A DNA stretch of 63,392 nt, counting the filler, from Collodictyon triciliatum (taxonomy: Eukaryota), in NCBI GenBank assembly GCA_043381765.1. It is 5 parts of 5 records of this genome, joined end to end, with 100 filler letters (N's around TTAATTAATTAA, not from the genome) between each part and the next. Parts side by side here need not be neighbours in the genome. Positions count along the whole stretch, not along the records: positions 1 to 15,359 come from JBHJMP010001681.1; positions 15,460 to 30,815 come from JBHJMP010001682.1; 3 more parts are not named here. The stretch is one strand, 5' to 3'. Position 1 is the stretch's first letter; every line of letters begins with the position of its first letter. Shown here piece after piece: positions 11,968 to 23,602 of this stretch. Position numbers and translations under genes: made by a program. The notes below the pieces were generated by a model that had not been told where the DNA came from, did not search any database, and saw nothing but the letters and a program-made list of their open reading frames with translations.

Positions 11968-12938
11968 TCCTCTCTGAAGCAAAGTTCTGCCTTTTGTCTT
12001 TTTTCTTTCTTTCTAATAAAACCCACAACCTTATCACACGAAGGAGAGACAGGAAGTAAAAAAAAAAGGGGAAAGTTTACGACCAAAACTAACACGTATT
12101 GTCGGGTGCGCATATTTTAGTCAAGATGAATTCAAAGGCTGCGACATTCATAACAGGCACGACTCGAGAGCCTCTTGTTTCATAAGAACAAATCACTGAC
12201 CCATCAGATCATCACCATCGCAGAAGCGAAACCGTTTTCTGTCTGCATTGCGAAACGTCGCTTCGCACCCTGCGGCTCTTTTCAGTGAAATTACGCGGTG
12301 AAAACCAAAGCAAAAACCGCGAATATATATGGGGACGAGAGTTGCACTCTAAAGAACCCATTTGTGGAACTTGGAGATAACGACCCATAATGGTGTTTTC
12401 CAGGATTGGAATATTATTCACACAAAAGATTGCTGTCCAAAAATTGCATGTTCGCTTCGTGGTGGACAGCAGAAGCCAACTTCCAGACAACCTAATCATT
12501 TAACTATATTTGATTCATCTCTTATATTTCCTTTCCATTTTGCTTCAATTTGATATAATTATACACGGTCTCTGAAGGCAGCACAGATATAAATCCAGTT
12601 GGGTGGGAAGGGCCGTGGTTTTTATATGCATTTATTGTTCTTACGGCGGCCAAAAAAGGTTATAATCATCCTCTTTTTTTTTTTTTTTTTGTTATTTTTT
12701 TCTTGGGTGCGTGGTTCCTCATGTAGCACGATGATGCCAAACTTAAAGATTTCTTATTCTTTCTCCCTTCGTTCTCCCTCATTTATTTTCACCATCTCGA
12801 GTGAAGATTTCTTTTTCCCCCGCAGAGCGAATACAAAACTCATAGTATTAGTCGGACACGGAAGGCAAACTCCGTTCCTGAGAAAAAACGCTCAGGGGAA
12901 TGCTCTGTCGTTGTAATCTGATCAGAAAGGCAGATATA

Positions 12939-15155
12939 TCAGAGGGTTGCTTCACCGAGCTTGTAATTGCCGAAATTCCAGGGATTTCCGGAGTCACCTA
13001 CACATAGTACATAATATGCATTTAGAGACGAGAATAACTGAGATTCAGAGCATTTTACAAGTTGCCACAAGTGCGTGCACGAATTATAGTGATCAGTGAT
13101 ATTCGGATTATGCTCCACTTTACAAAAGTAAATGCACCAGTCCATCAACAAATATAAGATGATTTACAGTCCTACCTCGATTGAACGGATTAGCTCAGCA
13201 TCAGACGAAAGCGTGACCGCAACTTTGATGTTCATCGTATCGTCGACAGAGAGAATATGAGCAACAAGGAACAAAACCGATTGGTCAGTAATCTCTAATA
13301 TCTTTATCCCGGATAATTCCGTATGAAGGTCAATCAACGACTTATACCTTTATTTTTTTTTGGTAGGATGTAGTTAATCAAGGCTTAAAAATAAGGGTAG
13401 ACGAAACTATATCAAAAGCCATAAATATGCGAAATACATGTGAAAAGCTACGTAGTTTTCTTATTTATTTTTCCTTTTATTATTCACTTCTCCATTTAAT
13501 CAATAGAGCCTAAGATTAGTACCAGATCACCAGTCCCCTCAAATCTTTGTCCATTTTCCTAATATTTCCTCGTATTTTGATTTTTGCTTCTTGTATAGTG
13601 GAATTCAAATGTTGAATGACATCGATGAGCTCATCTCTCTGCTTTTCTACCTCGAATAGCCTATCAGACATTTTCTGTTTCTCTCGACTCTGTGCAATAT
13701 TCGCAGGGGATGAGTTAGGATTAGAATTTAATGAAAAAAAAAAGAGACGAAATATATTCATGAAAATGATTCGTTTCTTGCAAGATACTTTCAAATTGAG
13801 CAACATTAGTACTTTTTTTTTTATTTAAAATCCAATGGATACATTCATTTTTCTTTTACCTGCTCAGATATCGCAATAGACAATTCGCTGCTTGATTTGA
13901 AATCCTGGCGTGATAGTATTATTATCATTATTTGATTTGATAGAATTTACATTAATTACATGATTGATATGTATTTTGAAAACAATTAGAGAGAAATGTA
14001 CTTTTCTTGATTTTTACTATTATTAATTTAGTGGGTTGATTGCTAATTACGATTAAATATCCTTTTTCTATTTAAACATACCTCGGCCTTATTCTCTGTA
14101 AAACTATAATACTGTTCAACCCCTTTCGAGTATGAATCGAGACATAGTGCAATCTCATTTTCCAACTGCTCAATCTCTTCTTTCTCTGATGGTATGATAG
14201 CGTCATGTTAAGTTCAAAGAAAGCCGAGTTACCATATTATTGTCAAATAATAGTTTGGTTGCAGCTCCGTTCATGCATTAAAATCATTAGGGCATCGTTG
14301 TAAGATTTTATTATCTCTCACATTTTTCAAGTATGACATTGTATTATTGAGTTATTCTTAAATCAATACATAAGATGATGATATTAGATATGTAATTCAT
14401 ACCGGATATGATAGACTGAATCTCATTCTCTATTTCAGAACGGAGTCTTTTGTTATCTTGTTTGATGGCTTGTGTTTTTGTTTTGAGTTCGATTCCTTTT
14501 TCACCTTGTCGTTTGTGTATGCAGAGTATGCCAAATATGAGCTTAAAAATATGTTTCTCTTTGTTTGCGAGAGCTAAGACTTGTTTGAATTAAAATGCAT
14601 TATAAATCTAACCAGAATCTTCTGTCATTCTTTTGAGGCCCTTCTCGATGTTTTTACTTTCTCGAAGTGTCTCTAAAAAATTCACTTTCGTTTGGCACTC
14701 GGAGTAAATGAACTTGAGCCGAGAGACTTTGGCCTTTTTATATAATAACTCTTTCTTAGTATTAGAAACAGTTTTTCGTTTTTTCCCTCTTTATGAGAAT
14801 ACGGGAGAATAAATAATTTTTCATACAGCTTAACTAGAATAATTAAAAATGGAATGAACCAGAAGGTAACACAGTTTGATATGAAAAAAAAAACTTTTAT
14901 ATGCAATTAGCTGCTCATGAGTCAAAGACCTTCAGAGAAGGTTACGAAGGAAAGGTGAATAGAGTGAGTGGAAGAATGAAAAGTAGAATGGGCGGTAAAA
15001 AGAGGAATGTAAAGATAAGAAAAAAGAGAAGCAAGGACAATGAAATAACCTTCAACTGGCTGAACTGCTCTTTGCTGACATTGTCCATGTTTTCATGATC
15101 GCCAGACTCCGCAACCTCACATATATCAATGACATCCTTCTTGGCGGCGAGGACG
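12939..15155 (-). CDS. Hypothetical coiled-coil protein, 3' exons (5' end lost at the contig break)
   Basis: GT-AG-bounded exons: VLAAKKDVIDICEVAESGD..., QAIKQDNKRLRSEIENEIQ, DRLFEVEKQRDELIDVIQHLN, ELSGIKILEITDQSVLFLV..., GDSGNPWNFGNYKLGEATL*. The frame of the ~14100 exon is ambiguous. Confidence 0.55.
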
Positions 15156-15240
15156 CTTCACGCACGCACAATAGTACATAATTAGATGTTTTATTAGATA
15201 GAGACTAAGATAAAACAATAAAATAACAAAAGCAATAAAA

Positions 15241-15358
15241 TAACAATAAAAACAATAAAAACAATAAAAACAATAAAAACAATAAAAACAATAAAAACAA
15301 TAAAAACAATAAAAACAATAAAAACAATAAAAACAATAAAAACAATAAAAACAATAAA
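15241..15358. repeat. (AAAACAATA)n 9-mer tandem at contig end
   Basis: Direct observation. Confidence 0.9.
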
Positions 15359-15459
15359 ANNNNNNNNNNNNNNNNNNNNNNNNNNNNNNNNNNNNNNNNN
15401 NNNTTAATTAATTAANNNNNNNNNNNNNNNNNNNNNNNNNNNNNNNNNNNNNNNNNNNN

Positions 15460-18400
15460 AACCGAGTATGGGCGATTGAACTGGCCGTTCTCCTTACCCT
15501 TCTTTCCGCCGATGGTCTTGACAAGCGTGAGCTGGTCGGTGAAGAGCTTCACAGAGTGGCCTTCGCAGTCTGCAACCGCGATGAGGCCGTCGTTGGAGAT
15601 GGCGATTCCTCTTGGCCCGTGAAGAGCCTTTGGGATGACGAGTCCGGTGTGGTGGGAGGAAATATGGCTGAGGTCTTTTCTAAAGATGTGGACTTTTTGC
15701 GAATCTTCGTCCGCCGCATAGATGTTACCGTTCCGTGGATGCACGCAAACCGCCCACGGACACTCGATTCGGGCATCACCAGTCGACGAGTCAATCGTAG
15801 CGTTGGGGACTTTGATTCTTGCAGGCGGCCCAGTAATCGAGTGAAGCGGTTCTGTTTCCGTCTTGGCCTCTTCTTTCCTTGCTCCCTTCGCTTCCTCTTC
15901 AGCTCTCAGGCCAAACATGAATGTCTCGTTCAGCTTCTTGAGGTCGTCCAGGATGGTTCGCGGCAGTCTCGAGACAAAGGTGAGTGGGGCAATCTCGATT
16001 GGTGTATCGTATTTGGAATAAAGGACTTGGTTGGCGAAGCGCAGTGCGTTGCTCATCTGGATCAGGGAGCGCTCGCCTTCGGGCTTCTCAATCAGCTTGC
16101 GCAGGGTTCGTTTGGCGATGTGGATTCGGCGCATTTCGTTCATGAGGCTGCTCTGCGAGTGCCTCAGTGGAATAAGGATGGACTCGTTCAACGCGTCGAG
16201 CTGGGTTATATTATAGCTTAATAAATTCCTCAGTAGAATATGTCGAAGCTATCTTTTTTTATTTTTTTTTTATAAAATGCTTGAAAAAGCCAGCAAGGGT
16301 TGGGGTACCTCTATCTTTGACTCAGCCTTGAACTGGTTTACACGTGCTTCAAGTTCTTTGACGAATGCATCGAGCTCGTTGGCACTCTTCTGGTGATTCT
16401 CGGCTTCCTGGATGGGTAAGATTTTTTTATTGTGGTGTCTATGTTAGTATACTTTGATATCATTGGTATTATTTTGTTTATATAAAATAGCTGAAGTATC
16501 CAACCTTTCTCATCTTCAGCTGGATTGATGTAATATTCGGTGCAAGTTTGTTCTCTGACTTGCGGAGCTCTTGGATTTTGGTGGCCAGGATGGAATTAGA
16601 GTCGAATCCTCCTTGTGAAAGCTCCATGTGTTCGTCCTGATGTCTTCGGTCTTTCAGTGCACATTTTGCACACTTTAATGGAGACTCTGGGCATGACGGA
16701 CAAAGGTATTCAATTGGGATATTTTTGTGAATCAAGCAGCTTTCCACTTTCTTTGCGCTCGGTAAGGCTCCGAACTCGAGTTTACTGAATGAAAATGTGA
16801 GAACGTGTTCGATGGTAAGAAAAATTTATTCAGACGTATTAATATAATAGTAAATCCGCGAAAAAGAATTACGTTATTATATGATCCTTTTCGTTCGCCT
16901 CTGCATGCATCTCAGCGTGCGTTTCGCAGAATACACCTTTTTCACCACAAACCGTACAACAGTGAGTAGCGTCGCTTTGGCAGTTTCTTCCTTTGCATAT
17001 TTGCACTGCAACGCTTGCTACACCCCTCCCATTCACGAGACCAGCGTTCATACCTGCCAAAGAGGCTGCATCATAGTCAAACGCCTCTAACTCACCAACT
17101 GTGCTACCATCCACATAGGCTGGCTCGGCACATAGTGGGCATCGAAGCGGCGGCTCCTCATTTGAGTCGGTGATGACTGTCGCTATACAGCCGGAGCAGA
17201 AAGTGTGTTGGCATGGCAGGAAACTCGGGTTGTTGTACTGGCTGATGCAGACGCCACAGAGGCCTCCGCTGAGACAAGCATTGATTTCGGCTTCGGAGAC
17301 ATTCGCCTCCAGCTTGCTCTGGAATTTAGTCAGTTAGTATTTGCTATTCTATTCTTGAAAAGTGAGTATCAGATCGAAAGAGTGGATGAATACAGGTGTG
17401 TCTACGGTGTTTGTTTGAGGTTCTTTGTCTTGCACTTGGAGGGCAGCCTTTTCCTTTTTGGCCAATTTTTGTCTTCTCTTTTGTTGATCTAAAAGGTAAA
17501 GATTAAACAACTGAGGAAAAGTAAAAAGAGACAATTCCAGAATGATAGATAATACTTCACCTTTGGGTGATACATTTCCGCAACATCCTGGACTGAGCTC
17601 CTTGGCATGGGTCTTTTCGATGAAGAAATCGCCGTATGTACCGTTTACCTTGAATGCGCTTTTACAAAGGCCTTTACAAGGGTTTTTTTTTTCAAAAATG
17701 ATTGATTACATAAATGAATGAACCTTAAATTTATGCTTACTATCCTGCGACGGGCGATTGCAAGACGAAGACCTCTCCCTCTGCGAACGGTTTGTAATAT
17801 GCCTTTGTTTGGTCTATGTAGTCATCGTTAGCACAAATATACAAAGTGTTTCGCTTTCGAAGCTGGATTTATGTTTAGACCTGGGTGGACTGTCTTTTTG
17901 GCCTGCACGAACTGAATCTATTATTCATTTTTTGTAAGATTCTTTTCATGGATTGTGGCTTACAACAGTGTCTTAGCTGTATGGGCTGTTGATTTTACCT
18001 TTCTTTCGAGAAGCAATTTTTGTTTGGCTTCTTCAATCTTACGAGCCTCGGCTGCGGTATCAACCTAGGATATGTGTTTGTTATGTTCTATGTTGCGCAT
18101 GTGAGGGATAGGAGTTAGATGTGTGCTTACGGCGTCGTATAGCTGCAGAGCGTGGATGTGTTTGTTGTCCCCGCATTCTGTGTTATTCCAGCATGGAAGA
18201 TTTGAGATGCAACGTGGTGCTCTCATGATGGTTTGACCATAACCATTATTTATATTGAGCGACTTCAGGTTTGTGAGCACTGTGATTTGTGGTGGAAGCT
18301 CCTCCATCTGTATGTATCATCGTCAGATGCTTTCTCTTGCTCTTTCGACATATATAACAAATAGAACAACAAATGAGGGGAAAAAAATACCGGGTTTCTG

Positions 18401-18907
18401 TAAACACTAAGTTCTGTGAGACCAGTCAAATACGATATTTCTGGAGGCAGTTGCAACAGTCGATTGTAATGAACACGAAGGACATTGAGACCAGTCAAAC
18501 ATGATATTTCTTGTGGTAGGGATGAGAGTTTATTTCCAGAAACATGAAAATGTGAGACCAGTCAAACATGATATTTGTGGAGGCAGCGATGATAGCTGAT
18601 TGCCATAAACATCAAGAACATTGAGACCAGTCAAACATGATATTTCTTGTGGCAGGGACGACAGTTGATTGTCACTAATATTGAAATATGTAAGACCCGT
18701 CAAAAATGATATTTGTGGAGGTAGCGACAATAACCGATTGCCATTAAGGCACAATTCTCCAAGGCCACCCAATAAAAAAACACCACGCGGCACAGTTGTC
18801 AGGTATTTCTCTTTGAGAGACAGTTTCGTGGTTCTTTTCAAAGAGGCCATGTCGCGATGCTCAGTGATTTTCTGGAGCTCCTCCAAAACTGCAGCCTCCT
18901 CAGCCAT
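15460..18907 (-). CDS. LRR + RING + two B-box + coiled-coil + NHL-repeat protein (TRIM-NHL-like E3 ligase), 3' end in gap
   Basis: 23-aa LRRs (LSSLPQEISCLTGLNVLDVYGNQ); C3HC4 RING CGVC...LPCQHTFCSGC...RCPLC; B-boxes C..C...CCTVC...FCETH...H and CLIH...LCPSC...CAKC...H; NHL repeats (PWAVCV, GPRGIAIS..GLIAVAD, GQFNRPYSV). Apparent frameshift near 18545. Confidence 0.8.
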
Positions 18908-21900
18908 ATGACAAAAGTGGGTGAAGCGCTTTGGGCGGGTTCTGGGGGGGGGGCTGTGTGGACAAGTGGACTGGGTTATGCGTCGGTGTGTTGCAAAGTG
19001 TATATTTGTTTTGTGACTGCACTTAACAAATCACACAGAACGCGCATTGCAGATGAGTGAGGATGGTGCAGTTGTGCACATAGAGAACAGAAGGCGCGTT
19101 GCAAATGAATAACGTGGCAACACAACGAAAAATGAATCGTGTGGCAGTGGTGATTTCGACATAATTAGGTTAAATACCCACAAAGGCCGGCGAATTTTCC
19201 GAAAAGACGACCCCATGTGGAATTTATGCTGTGCTTCCTTGGAAATTCACCGATTCGAGGTTGGCCACAGACAAATTAGACCTCTTGCATTGAAAGTCGT
19301 GGCACCAGTCGAGATGCTTGTCTGTGGGCGCCGCTGAAAGACCTGGGAAATTGCAATGTGGGTCTCGGAGTACTGCGAGTGGTTGACATGACTCGCGTTG
19401 GTGCGCCTCCTGAATCGCCTGCACGGATGCGTCTACTTCTGCTGAGTGCAGTGTCGCTGCAGCTGGGGAGTGGCAGAAATTCTGCAATCAGGAGCTCTGG
19501 AGAAAGCGGATTGGAAAGCGGATTGTCCAGTGTTTCTTATGGTTTCTTCTGCAATCGAAAAAGTCTGAAAAAAAAATAACGCTCGATTGTTTCTAATCGA
19601 TGTAATGGTAAATGAAGAATGCAATCGATTCTCTCAATAATTAAAATATTGATGCAGATGAGATTCGCACCTGAATCCCTCTTTGCGTCTGCACACGAAC
19701 AGGAATATGTTTGTGTCTTGTGTTTGTGTCCACGTTTCGATGTCGTCGTTCGATAGGCAGGGAATGGGGCTTCGAATGTTTCACACAATTGGCATGTACC
19801 GCTCTATTTTCACAAGATAGGATTATTTTTTTTTTGTGGTTTTACTTTGAAGATAAAACTTCAGCACCATGAGATGCACCATTGCCGAACTAAGCTCCTA
19901 ACGATCCATAAAAACAAACATTTTGTGATCTAAGCGAAGGCAGGTTAAAAGTTGTCCATGGCGGATTCCTTCGGTTTCCGTATTCCAGCATAATAGTGTC
20001 CTTTCGTATGATATGATGAAATACCGCATTAGGAGAATATCTATAGAGTTAGAAAATTACAAACTCTAAAATGTGATCGTTTTTTTTTACACCCACCAGT
20101 ATGTGTCCGTCCTCCAGTTTCAGCGACTTGGTATTCAGCATCTCTACCTGAGAAAACCTGACAAGTAAATTGTCCCCTTTTTCTTTTTCATTCGGGAATT
20201 TAGTGATATTCCATTAAAAATACGAATCATTTATATATGTATCCAATCCAACTGCTACGGTATCATTTGGTATGACAGAGAGAATGCACCTAAAGTCGCC
20301 AGAAAATAGAACTTTTCCCCTCCCATTATTGCATCTCTCTCCATTCAATCCTTTAAAATATTGCTGACTGCCTCAATAGCCCTTCTGTGATACATAGTAA
20401 ACCCAACTCAAATGTGATAATCCTGCATGCTCTGGGAAAATGCCCTTTATCAGAATTATATTCAGTGCGCCAAGGCTGAATATTCAATATAATCTTAGTT
20501 ACAGTGTCAGATGTTCTGCCACCTTTTAGTGGAGCTTTAACCTTATCTGATTATTCCATTCTGATGACAGTTTGTTCTTTTGCCCTGACTCTTGAAAGTA
20601 TTGAATTGACAAGGAATGGTTTTCCAGTGTCATCAACAGTATCCAAAAAAAGTGTCATTTTACTTCTTTATTTTAAGAATTGTATTTTTTGTTATTTTAC
20701 CTTTCCGTAAATGATAGATGGCGGAAGTCTTGGTCTTGATTCGCTAGCCATCGTTTGCATGAATGCTACTTGTTGGCTGGTGAGCCAACAATCAGTCGGT
20801 AATAAGTAATTACATCCTGTGTTTGGTCTGTAGTCTGGGTCTTGTGCTTGCATGAGAGGGGCAAGGCGAGGTATAATCTCATTCCTGGGCTCTTTCCGTA
20901 TATCTCTTCTCATAATGTTTGAGCGGTGAAGAATGTGAAGATAGTGAAAAAAGCTGTTGGGAGAATATTTGATTGGTATTGCTCGCCGACTTTCTCAAAT
21001 GGTTCACATGTGACCTTCTATTATTTTCTGGTACTGGAGTGTATTTACGGTGGCCTCGAAGGCGAACTTTACATTTATTCGCTGTGGCAGTATGTGAATA
21101 TTGCTGGCTGTTTGTGTAATGTTATATGGTTTCCTGCGCCTAAAAAGTCAAGTAGATTTAACCATCCAAAAGCAGGGCGTGAATTCGGTATCTGTGTTGC
21201 TAGTATAGTTCGTGGCAGTACGCATTGTGGTCTCTGCGGAAAAGAAACAAACAAACAGTCCGATTTTATTGGAGGGATAAAGGTATCTTAATTAAATAAA
21301 CATTTCTTAAATATCGAATATTATTTTAGTATAGTTTTTTGGATAAATATATGGTCTGTATCAAAGTAGAATCAAGGTTACACTCAAATCCTTGTTCAAC
21401 GACATTATCCGACTGATAGCAAGAGAATAGAAATATTGATTTTATTATAGAACTTGGTATAATCTTGAATTGTATAGAGTCTTGTTGATTGTTCTTATTT
21501 ATCACGGATTTTTCTGAGCATGGCAGCATCGGACTTCTGAATATTCAAGCTTTAATGCTAGAAGCATATCCTGTTGTCTCTTGATGGAGTGATTTACATT
21601 TTGCAGCGATATCATTTCCAGGTAAATTTTGCCAGTCTAAGCAGAGAATTTACTATGGTAGAATCAAATCACCGAAGACGATACCCAGCAAAGAAGCACC
21701 CCACTGTTTCCAAATTGTACGGAGCATGTACCCTATGAATATTAGAAGTCATTAAATTTCATCATAGCTTAAAATGATGATTCTATGAGACCTCTTTGAC
21801 TTTGGCTTTTGAAAATCTACTTGATTTGATTCAACGATTGGAGTTTTTTTTTTAATTTTTTTTTTTTTTTTTACATATCTTTCTTGGCTTTCGCCTTAAT

Positions 21901-23602
21901 GTTTCATACAAATAAATACTGAGGTTATGATGTGAAATTTTTCGTGATTTGATAGGATACCAAAGGTGCATTTCTATATTTCCCTTAAAACTACAGAGAT
22001 TGAAAAGGCTAATCCAACCAACCACTTATATATAGCATAGTAATTTTCCTTCAAACTCTCGACTTCATCTCATCCACAGTGATTCGCTATGACCCCGCCT
22101 CTTGAATAAATCGATTTAAAACTGTGTCCAAATAGCGAGTTTTGGTCCATGAAATAAGATTTGGCGGGCGGTCATACTCTTGTAATCATGTGTAATTAGC
22201 ACCGTTTTCAAAATGAATAAACTCAGTCTGAATCATTTATTTGTAAGACACATTTAGGATTGGAATGAACCAGTTTGGCTGCACCACAGCTTCATGACAG
22301 AATATTCTAGTTCGTCTGTCCCCTTATATTAGAGCCATTGTGGTATTAGTAAGTCATATCGAGGAAAGGAAATGGAAATGAAATTTTTCATGTTGAAAAC
22401 TTGGAACACTCAAAGGTAAATTATTGAAAATGAAAAATCTTTGTTTATATGTGTGTAAATAAAATATATATGACAATCATTTCCCTTCAGAGTTGTTTCC
22501 CTCAGAAAATATTCTTGTGTTGATTTCTCACGAGACTTCCTTACTTCACAACCCAAATATTTTTATGTATAGCATCTGCATCAATTAAAATTTTGTATGA
22601 GGTCTTACCGTGTGTGTATACAGGTGTTTTGGTCTTCTAATTGGGGGCATAACCAACTAGACTTCAGGTGACAAGATTCTTTTCGTTAGCATATAGAACT
22701 GCACGGTCAAAAAGAAGGGGGTGTATCAAATATATAACCTCCTATATAACACCAATAATTGGTATAGGAATAACACGTCATCCAGAGAGTAAAACAAAGT
22801 GAAGAAAAAAAGTGAGAGGTTGAGTTCTCCAGAGGTATGAATTCTGCGCTGAGCATGCTTCAAAAGTATCAGACATCCAAAACAGTTTATATGAAAATTT
22901 AGTAGGTTTGGTGCAATATAACAATCAGACGGTGTTGGTTCAATTAATATATTTGTGTAGCTAGATTCTAGCTTTAGAATGAATTGGATGTAGAAGAAAA
23001 AGAAAAGAAAAAGGGGGCAAGAAGAACCTGGCATACCTTGCATAAGGAAAATCCCCCAATCCACGACTGTTTATTCATCATAGGACTGTAAGTTCTTTGT
23101 GATTTAAAAAATGTATCTCTGATAAATACAGCCCTAAAAAAAGTGCTTTTCTCGGCAGGAGTTATATCATTATGGACCAATTCCATCATAGCGCATGCGG
23201 TATAGGTCCATCTCAGCAAAGTGTGTCGATGTTTCGGATAAGTGCAATAGCTGGCAATATAAATTTAAGATGAACAGTGTTGTTTTATCTTTTCAATTCT
23301 ACAAAGTAGCCCGAAAACGCTGTGATTATAATGTTATTGTCTGAGTTCGTTTTCATATGGTGTACATCTCGTGTTTTTATTTTTTAGTTTTATTTTCATT
23401 CTGCTTAGATTCCATCCTATGATTACGTGTACGAATGTTGATTTGAGCGAAAGGTTCACCAACCTATGGTCTCTCATATCCCTTTCAAATTGCACCCTAG
23501 AAATGTCGACCCTCTAGTTCAACAGTGTATTATTTGTATGTCTCACAATAAATTAAGGATATAAAAAGAATACATGAAGAAAAGAACATGTTTAATTCCT
23601 TT

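Noticed and set aside
15404-15415. TTAATTAATTAA between N-runs (also ~30860, ~44743, ~60178)
   Set aside because: An identical palindromic all-frame stop linker flanked by similar-length N runs: an assembly concatenation spacer, not biology.
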